A stretch of DNA of 64,000 nucleotides from Octopus vulgaris (GCA_951406725.2 OX597818.1:73966001-74030000), one strand, 5' to 3'. Shown: positions 13,948-27,447, counted from the stretch's first letter. Numbers and translations: made by a program. The notes: a model not told the origin generated them from the sequence alone.

Positions 13948-14015
<68 letters not shown>
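13748..14015. repeat. Compound trinucleotide microsatellite (TTA/GTT/GTC/CTT/CTA/TTA)
   Basis: Directly visible. Confidence 0.95.
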
Positions 14016-14017
<2 letters not shown>

Positions 14018-14386
14018 GACCAGAACTTCTTTTTAGGTCTTTTATCTTTATTATGGACACTCCAACTGTATTCCTTCTCTACTTACAGACTATTCAATTA
14101 AAGCAGAAGAATCTAATGTCCTGTTAGACATAGTGAAGGAAGGCACTGCAGAGAATCGTGACTTTACAGACAAAATTTTCGACCTTCACTACGAATTCCA
14201 TATTCAATTACTATGATGATCTTTTTCAAGATTTCTCTTTATGATATATAGGATATTTTTTTCTCTCCCTCACATTAAAGTAGCCATCTTGTAATTGAAA
14301 CTGAACCATGCAAGTATGTTTTTATATCTATCTCGCTCAGTGCAAGTAAGTATATATATATGTGTGTGTGTGTGTGTTTGTGTGTA

Positions 14387-14418
<32 letters not shown>

Positions 14419-14447
14419 AGTGTGCGTGTGTGCGTGTATATGTATAC

Positions 14448-14496
<49 letters not shown>

Positions 14497-16354
14497 ATGT
14501 GAGAGAAAAAGAGAATAATATTTGTGCGTGCCTGTGTTATTGTGCACTTATTGTTTATTTAAACTGATACGTGCGAAAATGCATGGATTTCAATTTCTAT
14601 GGAGAGAAATTACTCTATTCAGTCCTAATGCATAAAGATACATACTTGAATATATTTATGAAGGTTAAAGACATTCCCGTAGACATATCCAGAATGTTGC
14701 AATTATTATTGAACGAAATATATAATTTATACTTTTGTGTTATCTATCCAACTTTGTCATCTGGTTTCTATCTAAACGCATATGCAACCTTTCAACTTGC
14801 GAAACGTTCTCTCAAAGCCACTTGTAATATATATCTTCCACTTAAGTTGAAATTAAATATTTATTCCATGTTTTCTTTTTGAAACCAATGTATACTCGTT
14901 TTCAAACCTTTTTCCTCCTCACCCACTACTATCTATAAATGAAACTCAAACTAAATTTTACCAGCATCCTGTGGTGATTCTCAGATCGGAGGTTCAGGAA
15001 TCTGGCCGAAGATGGTAGTTTCCTGTCAAAGGTATAGCAGAAAATCGCTTTGTCGCTAAGGCATTAACTGAAGGTTATGCCAACATTATGATATGTAAAA
15101 AGATGAAAGATGATATAGATTAAAGACAGGAAATGTTGCAAAGTATACCAAAGCGACCACAATTTCTGTTACTATTCGGTGTACGCACACAAATCATTGC
15201 TAATCATTTTCATATAACTTCCTAAGACCGGCGTGAAACGCAGTGCCTCCTAAGTGAATAAGTTTGGAATGGTACTATGGTACCTCTGACGGAAATAGAG
15301 ATATTTGCTAATATGAGACAGGAAATAACCAAAATTTGAAGAATTAAATTAGATACAGTCTTCTAGATCCTTCGGTAACGATTTTTAAAAGAGTCATTCA
15401 ACGAAATAAATAACCAATACATATACCATATAACTAACGGTTACAATAATGTGCTCGGGAATATATCGAAAGCACAAAATAGAAAGAAAGTGATTTTAAC
15501 ATAAGCAATTGTTCAAAACCTTCGGGGTAGGAGATATTCGATATAATGCACGGAGCTATATTTTATAGATATTCGTAAGTTTTCGTAAGTTACTAGAGGA
15601 AAACAATTACCATTTTTCTCATATACTTTGAGGCATTTTGAATATCAGTAGAACATGCGTTTGTTTCTCATTCTATTAGTTTCCTTTTTCATTCAAACTA
15701 TTTCTTTCAGTTTGACAGTTTACGAGGGACTTTCTTTTCAGAGAACAATTCTACTGATTTTGAAGGAATTTCAGTTCTAAAAATGGAATAATATATTTAA
15801 AATATACTTGATATAGACTAATATACTATATGCATTGTGCATTTTGCATAAAGAACAAATTGATTTATACAGTATAGATGATGAATAATGTATAATATAT
15901 ATAATTGAATGATATATCATATTCATCCCCCTCCTTAATTCCTTGTTCCTCTTTTTCTCTCTCTTCTCCCCTCATTAATTCCTTTGTTTCTCTTTTTCTC
16001 TCTCTTCTCCCTCTCCTTAATTCCTTTGCTCCTCTTTTTCTCTCTCTTCTCTTCTCACGTGACCGCTGCGCAACTACTAGACCTTTTGCGTCGGACCACG
16101 GGCACGATAACATCGCACTTCTTGTCTGCCGTAAGGCTTAATTCTCAATACGCCAGCTGAATTCAATTCGTCTACAGTCGAAAGACGCCAGTTATTATGT
16201 CTTCTTATCATTATTATTATTGTGTCTTTTGTATTTATATTCGTATTATTTTTTGCTTTTGTTTTTGTATTTATATTCGTGTAACATCGTCCGTTTTTCT
16301 GTCCTTGTTTTGTATACATTCGATCCTTTTTCCAAGGAATCTAATGGTCTTAGC

Positions 16355-16510
16355 TTAGTTCTTCCTTGGGCCTGGCCACATTGGAACAATCTCAAGATTA
16401 ATCAGCCGAAATTGCGAGGATGAGCTGGTTCTTGACTGAAGATTAAAGGCTTCGAATGACCTGTCGGTTTTTTTATAGTCTATTTCGATGTTTTGCGTAC
16501 TTGTCCCATC
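16355..16510 (+). repeat. Interspersed repeat also present at 31970-32120
   Basis: ttccttg.g.ctggcca.attgga.caatctc.ag..taa.cagccgaaattgc..gactga.ga..cgaatgacc.gtc at both sites. Confidence 0.7.
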
Positions 16511-16513
16511 TTG

Positions 16514-16591
<78 letters not shown>

Positions 16592-16658
16592 GTGTAAATG
16601 AAAGCAAGCAATTTTTTTATCATTATTAGAAGCGTCGAAATATGTATTGTACGATACA

Positions 16659-16933
16659 AATAATAAGATAATATTTTTCGAACGCAGAGTTGCGGTTAAA
16701 AACAGCAGAAATACTGGGTAACTTACCCTTACAAATGCGGAAAAATCTGTCAACAAGCAGCCATAGGTCTGGAAACTATATTCCCATATCTTTCAAAGAC
16801 TCCTGCTGAACGCTTTACTATTAAGTTAAACTTCTCGCCGAATTGCATGCTATATAGAACAACCTTTCTAGAACAACTGCGTATTTCTGCTGTTCTAACG
16901 GCAATTCTACGTTCGAAAAATACCATCTTATTT
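16659..16933. mobile_element. Small fold-back element between microsatellites
   Basis: aataagata..tttttcgaacgcagagttgcggttaaaaacagcagaaatac is mirrored by gtatttctgctgttctaacggcaattctacgttcgaaaaataccatcttatt. Confidence 0.7.
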
Positions 16934-16946
16934 CTATCACATATCT

Positions 16947-17009
<63 letters not shown>

Positions 17010-17372
17010 CATACATACATGTGTGTGTATGATTGGGTGGGTGAGTGTGTGTATGTTGGGGGGGTAAATAAGGTAATTTCCGCAGGGGAAGAGTAGATCA
17101 TTCCTTGCTGCCGCACTGAAACAAAGAGTACAGGCTAAGGGGCGAAACGCTTGTAACATTCAAATACCTGCTGATGATTTGGAAATATTTTTCACATTCA
17201 GATGGATTTGGAAGAAATGCAGGCAAAACTTCTAAGTATCTCTTGCAGTTTCCACATAGGGCAAAGGATCTTTGATGCTTCTCTCACTTAAATATCTTGA
17301 ATGCTATAGAATATATATATGGCATAATTGACTAAATCCATAAACATAATTTGAATTATATGAAGTGAAAAT

Positions 17373-17464
17373 ATGAAGAAGGAAGAGGAAGAGAGCGAGG
17401 AGGGGGAGGACCACGACGACGACAATGAAGAAGAAGAAGAGGAAGAAGAAGAAGTGAAGACGAA

Positions 17465-17515
<51 letters not shown>

Positions 17516-17545
17516 GAAGATGAAGAAGATGAAGAAGAAGAAGAC

Positions 17546-17599
<54 letters not shown>

Positions 17600-17730
17600 G
17601 AAGATGAAGAAGAAGATGAAGAAGAAGAAGAAGAAGAAGAAGAAGAAGAAGAACAAGAACAAGAACAAGAAGAACAAGAAGAACAAGAAGAACAAGAAGA
17701 ACAAGAAGAACAAGAAGAAGAAGAAGAAAA
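17373..17730. repeat. (GAA)/(GAT)/(GAC)/(CAA) compound trinucleotide repeat
   Basis: Directly visible. It explains the poly-E/M/K ORF. Confidence 0.95.
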
Positions 17731-17974
17731 CTGTTAAGGTTGAAGGAGATTGGAATAGAATTTATCGTAGACCTTCAACAGGAAGTTTAATACTTAGGAA
17801 CAGGAAAGATTATCAGAAATGTTGTAAGTAGTTGAAAGGCTATTGAAAGCTAGTGGATACCTAAGGTTACAGGTAGTAACCAGCAACACACATAAATCCT
17901 GCCAGGAATAAGACCGAACCTGAGCCAAATCAATAATAATAATAATGATGTCGATAATGATGATTTCAAAGTTT

Positions 17975-18175
17975 GGCACAAGGCCAGTAAGATCTTGGGA
18001 GAAGTAAGTCGTTTGCATCGACCCCAGTGTGCAAGTGGTACTTATTTAATCCACACCGAAAGGATAAAAGACAACGTAGTCCTCGTCGGAGTTTGAAACA
18101 CAGACTGTAAAGATGGACGGAATACCGCTAAACTTCTCGCCCGGCGTACCAACAATTCTGCCAGGTCACTGCCTT
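17975..18175 (-). mobile_element. SINE-like repeat (same family as 3941-4145)
   Basis: ggcacaaggcc..atcgaccccagtg..ggtacttatttaatc..ccgaaaggat..aataccgctaa..cgcccggcg..ttctgccag..ctgcctt. Confidence 0.75.
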
Positions 18176-18389
18176 TAACATAACCTATAGCATTCTATCC
18201 ATCGTTGTTATTACTCAGCTCGAATGTAAATCAATATTGCTTGATATAACCACCCACCTCAACTACTAAAAAAGTGAAAAAATTGCAAAAGACACTCAAA
18301 CCTAGAGTTTTTGATGCTTAGGGTGAGCAATAAATACCGTAAGGCTACTTCAGTTATTTCTCCTTGGTACATTTTATTGTTTAATTATA

Positions 18390-18920
18390 CAGGTCTATAA
18401 GTTATTTTCTAGCAAGTCCCTTCCATTTATAACAGAGTGGTTATCATTTGGAAAAACAATAACATCTTACCAGAGAAGGATAAAAAAATGCCAGTTGGGG
18501 CTGCTTTGGCTGTAAATAGTGGTTCCAAGTGAATTGAGCAATTATCAAAGACAGCAAAATCACAAAGATGACAAACAAAAAACTATAACATAGCATGCAT
18601 TGATTACCGAAAATCATTTGACAACATGGAGCACTATTGGATATTGGAGATCTCCATACAATTAAAGTTTCTTCAATTATACATGCATTGCACCAGCTTT
18701 ATCCCTTCAATCACACCACCTTAAGACAAAGAGATAATTGAAGCAAGTAGTATATCCATAAGAAAATTGATGTTTCATGGAGACTCAGTTCTGTTCCTTA
18801 ACTCCTTCTCCTCCCAAGTTTGACACCTTCAATATATTTGATGAATACGACTACAATTAGTTATAAATGATACACGAAACTTATAAACCATCTCTCTTAT
18901 TTCGATAACTTAAAGCTACC
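18390..18920 (+). pseudogene. Degenerate R4/Dong-like (RLE-type non-LTR) reverse transcriptase fragment
   Basis: Manual translation: NNILPEKDKK..GCFGCK..AIIKDSK..NIACIDYRKSFDNMEHYWILE..IRKLMFHGDS..INHLSYFDNLKL. This matches the EQKG / WIDYKKAFDSVPH.W / GIFQGDS / INHLLYMDDLKL motif order. Confidence 0.75.
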
Positions 18921-19687
18921 TGCAAGGATTTAATACTGACTCGGCTTTATCGTCTGACTGAATTTATGAACGCTCTTTAGTAGATTCTAGATCTACGAAA
19001 ATTGTTCAAATACATACATATGGGATCAAAATTAACTCGACACTAGCAATAAGAAATTCAAATGTTCAGATGGCACCGTGGAGCACTGGGCTGAAGGATC
19101 AGCTAAAAGTTCAAAGTTTGATCCGTTTCCGAACTTCAAGTTGAGTTCAACTTGGAAGAAAGTACTATGAGGTTGTCAGTCTTAATCACATATAGACATG
19201 CAGAAGCCATCATTGAAATATCAGGTAGAAGTACCGAATACTTACGTTGCTTATGTTGGCATTTATGGCCTGATTTGCGTGATCTGTCATACATAACCTC
19301 TAATCATGTAAATGTATCAGCTTTCCGGCTGTTTGTAGGAGGTACGTATTCCACTGTTCCAAAGCTCCTCCTACAGTCAGCATTCTTTGTATGGGGAGAA
19401 GGTCATACCCTCCTATTAATGCACAGGCACAAGTTCAAGTTTGCTACCTGTAGAGATACTTGAACCGTGAGTAGATGCTAACATTGCTGGTAACACATAT
19501 ATTCCAATATAATTGTCTACTTTACCGAAATGTAGTCCTGAGTGAAAAGAACACCAAGCCAGCGAGGTGGAGGCTGCAATCTGGTACATATTCAGGTGTT
19601 CATTGTGCAAGTTATACTCTAGCAAAAACAGAGATGTAGGTACAGCAACGAAATTTAGAGTTGATGTGGAGCGATGAAATTTTCCAA

Positions 19688-19747
<60 letters not shown>

Positions 19748-19879
19748 GGGGGCTTTAGTTGACTGGTGAGCTAATCTAATATGTAAGCTGTGTAAGTGCT
19801 ATAATTGGTCATCCGTCAGGTTCCAAGTTTATAGCTGTGGCTGGGGCTACGGATCCGTATTAGCCTTTCGTGTTAACAG

Positions 19880-20340
19880 CTATATATTATATTAGAGGTA
19901 AAAGGACAACAAATGCCAAGGTAGGTCGTGAATTGCAAGCCGTTTAGAATAATTTAATTCTGAATTTGAATTCTTACAGCTGTTTCTGGGATAAACCATG
20001 TGATAGGCTAGCCAATTCGTACCGTCATCACAGACAAGATGAGTATGTAACAAATTTCCCGACGGGGGAATTCACAGTCTATAACGAATAATATAGAAGA
20101 ATAAAATAGAATACTCTTAATTTAACTACTACTTCCAGTTTTACTTTTCATTCTCCTTTCATTCCTCATAAACTGTGAATATCATTGTCTAGACATGCTA
20201 GCCTATCACTTGGAATATCCCAGAAACAGCTGTAAAACTTCAAATTCACCTTTCCCCAATTAAATTATTTTAAATGACTAGAGATACTCGTTTTCCCTTG
20301 GTTTTTGTTGTCCATTACCCTCCAATACAATATAAGATAT
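19880..20340. mobile_element. Fold-back element with hammerhead-like 3' half-core
   Basis: ggacaacaaa..ccaagg..aataatttaatt..gaatttgaa..ttacagctgtttctgggata..gtgataggctagc is mirrored at 20197-20340. Contains GAAAC-AGCT-GTA. Confidence 0.75.
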
Positions 20341-20399
20341 ATATATATAAACTTAGAGAAAACTTAGATATGTTTCGACCAATGATTGGTCCAGGCCAT

Positions 20400-21950
20400 G
20401 TCTAACTTAATAGCACCACCTGATAGGATTATTTGAATCCTGTTATGTCAAGTTTTGTTTATGGTCCATTCAAGTAGTGAGTTTTTGTTGAGTGAGTTGT
20501 ATCCAATTATGGGTGGCTTATCTGGTATTCCTTGAAGGAATCTATCCAGACTCCGTTTAAAGTTGATGGCATCCTGTTCCTCTTTGATCTCTTTTGGGAC
20601 AATGTTAAATAGGGCAGGGCCTGTTGAGGAAAAGAAATTATGTTGTAGTGTACATGTATGCTGTGGTCTTGAATTGGGCAGGGGACGTATGGCCCGTGGT
20701 CCCAGTCTTGGATGAATCTTGAAGCTTATGTTCAGGTCGCTTGGGCAAAGTTGGCGGTATATTCTCCACATCGTACAAATGATGTACCGCTCACGGCGAC
20801 GCTGGAGAGAGTAGAGTTTCAAGGCTTTAAGGCGATCCCAATAATCGAGAGCAGCAATGCCTTCAGTTCGTTTAGTGAGTGCTCTCTGGGGTGATTCAAT
20901 CCTCGAGATGTTTTGTCTTGTATGGGGAGACCACAGTGGGCAGCAGTATTCGAGGTGTGGCCGTACAAAGGAGGAGAAAAGTGGTATGATGACACCATGT
21001 TCTCTGGACCGGAAAGTTCTTAAGATCCAGGAACTCATCCTACGAGCTATATCGACCTTCTTGTTGATGTGTGCACTCCAACTGAGATCGTCATCAACAA
21101 TTACACCTAGGTCTCTGATGTTGTTAGAGGCTGTGAGCGGTTCCCCTGAAGGAAGAGAGTATGGCTGTTTTAGTGAGGAATTTCTTCCAAAATGCATCAG
21201 TTCAAATTTTACCTCGTTCAGTTGCATTTTGTTTCTGTCTGCCCATTGACTCACAGCATATAGATCAGACTAGAGTTGAGTTCGGTCTGCTTCTTCATTG
21301 ACGATTTGCTGGAGCTTGGTGTCATCAGCAAATATTTTCACTTTGCAGTAATGTACGACATTGGAAAGGTCGTTTATGTAGATTATGAAGAGTAGCGGAC
21401 TCAAGACAGTCCCCTGGGGGACGCCGCTGGTGACTTTTGCTGGGCTTAATTGGACTCCATCAACTACAACATATTGTGTTCTATTCGCCAGGAAATACTT
21501 GATCCAGTGTAGAACTTTTCCACGGATTCCAACATTTGCCAATTTTGAGAGTAGGATATTATGGTCTACCCAGTCGAACGCTTTACTGAAGTCAAGATAT
21601 ATGACATCAGAGTTCGAACCTGTTCCCAAAGCTATGAGTACATCTTCAATGTGGTGTAAGAGCTGTGTTAGGCAGTCCCTGCCACAGCGAAAGCCATGCT
21701 ATTTGCATTTAGGAGTTTGTGGATCTCCAGGAAGTCAGCTATCCTTGATCTTAACACTCTTTCAAACACTTTGATGATGTGGGAGGTGAGTGAGATTGGG
21801 CGATAGTTGAGTGCTAGGGATCTGTTTCCCTGTTTGAAAACCGGGATGACTGACTGGGATAGAAATTGTTTCGGTATATAACCTGCGTATAACGAATTTC
21901 TCCAGAGGTTGGTCAGAGGGACTGCAAGTTGGTGTCTACATTCCTTGTAG
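20400..21950 (-). mobile_element. 5'-truncated CR1/L2-group LINE, RT and C-terminus, with stop and frameshift
   Basis: NYRPISLTSH, YLDFSKAFD, SGVPQGTVLSPLLFIIYINDL, FADDTK, RDLGV, VRPHLEYCCPLWSP, LYSLQRRRER (ORFs 21270-21629 and 20448-21254 plus upstream frame). Confidence 0.92.
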
Positions 21951-22149
21951 ATATATTAATATATGAAGCCTGTTCATTTCATACTCATTCGTACTACGTA
22001 TATGCATATAACTATACACTCACATACAAACACTCACACATATAATATATATACATGCATATATAGATACATACATAGAGACATATATATATATATATCT
22101 ATCACCCTATCACTCTATCAATCCTTCCTCTGTCTCTCGCGCGCACGCT

Positions 22150-22217
<68 letters not shown>

Positions 22218-22456
22218 AGTAAAAAGGAAGAATAAATACGGTTAGGCAGCTTTTTAATGATTACTACAAATGTTTCGATACATATAGATCTATGTATATA
22301 TACAGGATTTAAATTTAAAATTAAAATTAATTAAATTAGGTAACGATTTACCTGTATAATAAGATCCATACATAAAAATTCTACCGGCTATTTGGGAATT
22401 CTAAGGGTAAACGAGTTCTGCTTGTACTTTAATACGTACTTACCGGAACAAACCTC

Positions 22457-22516
<60 letters not shown>

Positions 22517-22780
22517 GTGTGAGTGTGTATCTATATATGTATGTATGTATGTAGTTAGTTAGTTAGGTAGGTAGGTAGCTAGCTAGCTAGCAAGCTAGCT
22601 ACGTCTTCGTTAAAAATGTACTTATCTTTCAATAATCAATTACGTAGATTCTTAACTGAAACACCTGTTTCAAAATTGCTCAAAATTTGCAGAGTTGTTA
22701 AATACAGATTTCATTTCACTCTAATGAAATACATCACCTACGTATGCACGTCTCGTGTGTATATATATATATATATATAT

Positions 22781-22824
<44 letters not shown>

Positions 22825-22944
22825 TTACTTGTTTCAGTCATTAGAATGTGAATGTGCTGGTACGCCACCTTGAAAGACTGTCAGTCGAATGAATCAAGCC
22901 CAGTAATTGTTTTTTGTTTTTTTTTTTTTTATTTTAAGCATCTT

Positions 22945-23355
22945 TACTCTTTTACTCTTTTACTTGTTTCAGTCATTTGACTGCGGCCATGCTGGAGCAC
23001 CGCCTTTAGTCGAGCAACTCGACCCCGGGACTTATTCTTTTTTGTAAGCCCAGTACTTATTCTATCGGTCTCTTTTTGCCGAACCGCTAAGTGACGGGGA
23101 CGTAAACACACCAGCATCGGTTGTCAAGCAATACTAGGGGGACAAACACATACACACAAACAAACACACATATATATATATATACATATATATGACAGGC
23201 TTCTTTCAGTTTCCGTCTACCAAATCCACTCACAAGGCTTTGGTCGGCCCGAGGCTATAGCAGAAGACACTTGCCCAAGATGCCACGCAGTGGGACTGAA
23301 GCCGGAACCATGTGGTTGGTTAGCAAGCTACTTACCACACAGCCACTCCTGCGCC
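22945..23355 (-). mobile_element. Full-length tRNA-derived SINE
   Basis: Minus strand starts ggcgcaggagtggctgtgtggtaagtagcttgc..catggttccggcttcagtcccactgcg (A/B-box-like head) and ends in a (aaagagta)n-like tail. Near-identical copy at 35355-35750. Confidence 0.9.
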
Positions 23356-23711
23356 TGGTAATTTTTCTATCGTTCTCAGAGCAACTAAGTTAGGGAACAT
23401 AAACACATCAATATTGGTCGTCAAGTGGTATTCTGGCAAAACAGATTGGAAACACGGTACTTCGTGAAAGTGACAATTCACGCCTGTATACGTATGTGTA
23501 TGTGCGTGTGTATGTGTAATAGTGTATAACATTTATACACGGAGAGAAGCTCACCATGTGGCTTCTTACATGAAAAGGGCAGTCAAACCCAAACCAGGAA
23601 AAGGTATAACATTAAACCTTCCTTCTTTCCTATATTTGTTCCACGTCCTCGCGTTGTTGTGGTTTTTTGTGCTTTCATGTTTGGATTAGCTATATATATA
23701 TAATAAATGAA

Positions 23712-25920
23712 GGCGAGTTAGAGAGACAAAGGCAAAACACACCTCAATGGGTTGGCTAGTAGTCCTTTAGGAGTATAAAAATTGACTATGGGGGTAATAT
23801 ATAAATGGGACTATATTATTAAAATTCAAGGAGGTTGTCTATATTAATCATTATTCATATGAGTGAAAGGTGTGTTTTTGCCAGTGTATGCATCTGTAGG
23901 ATTTCTCGACCATTGTATTTATTAACGGGACTTTGTCGAACAAAATATGGAACAGTTCGGAATTTCAGACGCCACAAAATGTTCTGCCTTTATCAAACGG
24001 AAAGGATACAGACAATATGGACCATTCCAGCTTGAAAGTTGTATTACTGTCCTTAAGACACTAAACTATTTTACTTAGTCCTGTACTGTGTTGTTTTCTC
24101 TTATCTCGGAAAGTTGAATAATCTGCAGATTTAGGGTAACATCTAAGAAGTTGGCTTTAGTTAATTCGTCGTCGAAAACTATGCTCAAGCCCATTCTGCT
24201 AAAAAATCTAGCTAATATGTTTTTAGTCTTCTGTATCATATTGTTCGGAGAATTCTGTAGGTAAAGTAGACAATCGTCTCGATGCAGACCGCCGCAGATG
24301 TCCGGGAATTGGTCGGCCAATTCATAGAGAATATAGATTCCGAACAAATCGGCTATCTGGGTGCTATCTGTACTTCCCATTAGTACATCGAATGCGTTGG
24401 GGGTATCCCTGCGGTCCCATAACTTATCATCGAACTTTATGAAGGATTTTCTAGCTGCTAAAATTACATTAATTTCCTCCCTTGAGAGGCCTGCCTTATT
24501 ATGTGCGTGCCATAGGGCCTTATTGAGTACACTAGGGTTGATCAAAGGGTAGAAACTAGATATATCAAATTGAATGAATTTTGTGCTGTGCTTATAAGTA
24601 ATAGAAGAAAACCACTCTACGACTTGAGTGGAGCTAGACCATAGGCTGAGTTTTAACTTATTGATTAATATAGGTATGTATTTATCTAAAATGTACTTAC
24701 AAATAAATGAAAGAATGGAGTTGAACGACGAATTAATAAAATTCCTTTATCTTATTTTCGACATGCTTCTAAATTAGCCCACAGGATCTCCAACCATTAT
24801 TCAACTTTCCGAGATAAGAGAAAACAACACAGCACAGGACTAAGTAAAATAGTTTGGTGTCTTAAGGACAGTAATACAACTTTCAAGCTGGAATGGTCCA
24901 TATTGTCTGTATCCTTTCCGTTTGATAAAGGCAGAAAATTTTATGGCGTCTGTAATTCCGAACTTTTCTATATTTTGTTCGCCAAAGTCCCGTTAATAAA
25001 TACAATGGTCGAGAAATCCTACAGATGCATACACTGGCAAAAACACACCTTTCACTCATATGAATAATGATTAATATAGACAACCTCCTTGAATTTTAAT
25101 AATATAGTCCCATTTATATATCACCCCCATAGTCAATTTTTATACTCTTAAAGGACTACTAGCCAACCCATTGAGGTGTGTTTTGCCTTTGTCTCTCTAA
25201 CTCGCCCTCCTCTCTCTCTCTCTTTCTCTCTCTCTATCGTAAGCACAATCAAACACACAGACACAAACCTGTCACTTCACCACTGTCTTTTTTGGCATCT
25301 ACCCATCCACACACACAATCATGCACACACATACACATACATAGCCATTAATGCAGTTATATACATACACACACATAGACACTCATTCACAAAAGAAAAC
25401 AACAAAATCACCATTCATTTGACCTGCACCCTTTTACCTTCCTATTCTTAGGTCGCTCTCCTCTAACCTTGTTTGAACCCTTGAACCTTCTAGGATCTTC
25501 TACATTCAAGCATTTTTGACGTCACTGCTTATAACGGAATATTTTAAAGAAACACTCATTATCGCTATGGGCTCCGTACGGGCAGTCATCTAAAAATGTT
25601 TGTGCATCTTGATGCTGACATAAGTTCCTTACTTTTCCTGATGAGAAGGCGGCATAATGCACCCCTTATTCCTTCGAAATTAGGAATATGCAGCCTTCGA
25701 AACATATGTCGACAATAAAATAAAGGAATTTTATTAATTCGTCGTTCAACTCCATTCTTTCATTTATTTGTATTTAAGAAAACACCCAAATTTCTACACG
25801 ATAGCACGTGATCTCTGCCCTAGGCATGTAGCTTCAACCGTGTTTTTCTAACGTGAATTTGCTACCCAGGTATCGGTTAACCGAATTATCCATAATAAGA
25901 TAATTCATTCAACTACTCAA

Positions 25921-25925
<5 letters not shown>
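23712..25925. mobile_element. Rearranged Penelope-like element with inverted duplication
   Basis: Minus strand 24120-24700 is an RT fragment (FIQFDISSFYP..FDVLMGSTDSTQIADLFGIYIL..GLHRDDCL). Plus strand 24785-25060 is a GIY-YIG C-terminus (HYSTF..STGLSKIVWCLK..EWSIL..VCNSELFYIL..RCIH). Inverted arms at 23712-24122 and 24796-25206. Confidence 0.9.
25633..25715 (+). ncRNA. Type I hammerhead ribozyme in the PLE terminal repeat
   Basis: ttttc-CTGATGA-GAAGGC..GCCTTC-GAAAC-ATAT-GTC-gacaa. The partial sister copy at 24753-24764 (minus) has gtc-gaaaa, which restores stem I. Confidence 0.85.
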
Positions 25926-26004
<79 letters not shown>

Positions 26005-26009
26005 ATATA

Positions 26010-27064
26010 TACAGGAGGCATAAGTTATTTGAGAATAGATTTATGTTTATATATCATGAAACATGTATAATTATAGATTTTAAAATCATTTATGAAAAAA
26101 ATGTTATGAGGATAAAAATAATCCTTCTTTTTCTATAATGTTATTAAAAACAGCCACCTTCAGCTTCAATAACTGCGTCTAAATGAGATCTAAATTATCT
26201 ACATGCTCGAATCAAATGATCCTTGTTCATTTTGGACATTACTCTGTCTATGGGAGCTTTCAGAAATCTTTGATGTAATGGGCGTTTTCATTGAGTAGTC
26301 CAATGGATTGAGATCTGGGGAATTAGGAGGCCAAATGTTGGGTTATGTGATCATGAAAGCTTTCATCCATTCATTACTGTCTTACTAGAGCCATGTGTTA
26401 TACTGCAGAGTCTTACTGAAACGCATATCACCTTCCGTTGCATACACTGTCTATACGGGGCTTAACAATTATGCCCAGAACCTCAATATAGTCGGCAGAT
26501 TTAACTCTAAGGCCTTGTGGAAAGACGTAAGGACGCATTGCATATTCTTCATTGCTGACAACCCCTAAAGCCATGACAGTTGCAGGAAATTTTGTATGCA
26601 TAACACTTGGAACTTCAGAAGGGTCTACACATAACCATCTGTTATTTATTCTGTTAAGTATATGATCTCGGTCGAAGTTTCTCTTGTATGAGAAAAGCCG
26701 AATCAAGTCTTGTTCTGCTGGATTTTTTAGTTTGTTTAAGAGCCTTTTAGATCTGAATTAATCATTTTCTTTTGCCTTTTCGGAGAAGTTGTCCTTTCCT
26801 CATCATATAAGACATATCTGATGTCTTCCTGGACCACATTTCTGACTGTTTCTTGTGTAGACAAAAGATCTCGTAACTTTTAAAAATCGGGATATTTCTA
26901 AATCACTATGCTCCGCCTTTATAACCACAATAATATCTCTTCATTTCTTGAGTAAACTGAGGTTTACCATTATTATTTTCTGAAACAAAGATTACACAGT
27001 GTTAGAAAAAAATGCAGCAATGATTTAAAAAATGTATGTCCTCAAATACCCCACGCTCACTGTA
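26010..27064 (-). mobile_element. Tc1/mariner-superfamily (maT/DD37D-like) transposon fossil
   Basis: TKFPATVMALGVVS..FPQGLRV..YIEVL..VKP and IWPPNSPDLNPLDY (26297-26337). Ends TA-cag.. and ..ctg-TA. Confidence 0.8.
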
Positions 27065-27079
27065 TATATCTATCTATAG

Positions 27080-27305
27080 TTGTGCGCGTCTTTGTGTCTG
27101 AGTTTGTCCACCCACCACATCGTTTCACAATCGATGCAAATGTGTCCACGTAATTTGCAGTTCGGCTTTGGGGACGATAGAATATGTACTAGTCTTACAA
27201 AGAATAAGTCCTGGAGTTGATTTCTTCGATAAAAAAAGCCGGTGCTTCAGCATGGCCGCAGTCAAATGACTGAAAGAAGTAAGAGACTGAAACTAATAAA
27301 GAATG
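27080..27305 (+). mobile_element. SINE 3' fragment
   Basis: gatagaata..agaataagtcctgg..cagcatggccgcagtcaaatgactgaa, the reverse complement of the 22945-23100 tail. Confidence 0.7.
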
Positions 27306-27318
27306 AGAAAATATATAT

Positions 27319-27353
<35 letters not shown>

Positions 27354-27447
27354 GAGAGAGACAGAAAGAGACAGACAAATAAATAGACAAACAAAAAGAC
27401 AGTCACCGGTTTATGGTGTTATCAGTTATCGTAAACCGGTGACTGCG

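Noticed and set aside
16434-16468. CTGAAGA..CGAA..GTC possible hammerhead
   Set aside because: Lacks GAAA and a convincing stem II. The sister copy at ~32045 also deviates.
17373-17831. 152-aa ORF with poly-E/M/K
   Set aside because: Entirely explained by trinucleotide repeats. No splice or domain evidence.
19150-19690. Short ORFs in somewhat GC-richer sequence
   Set aside because: No recognisable motifs. Probably a decayed repeat.
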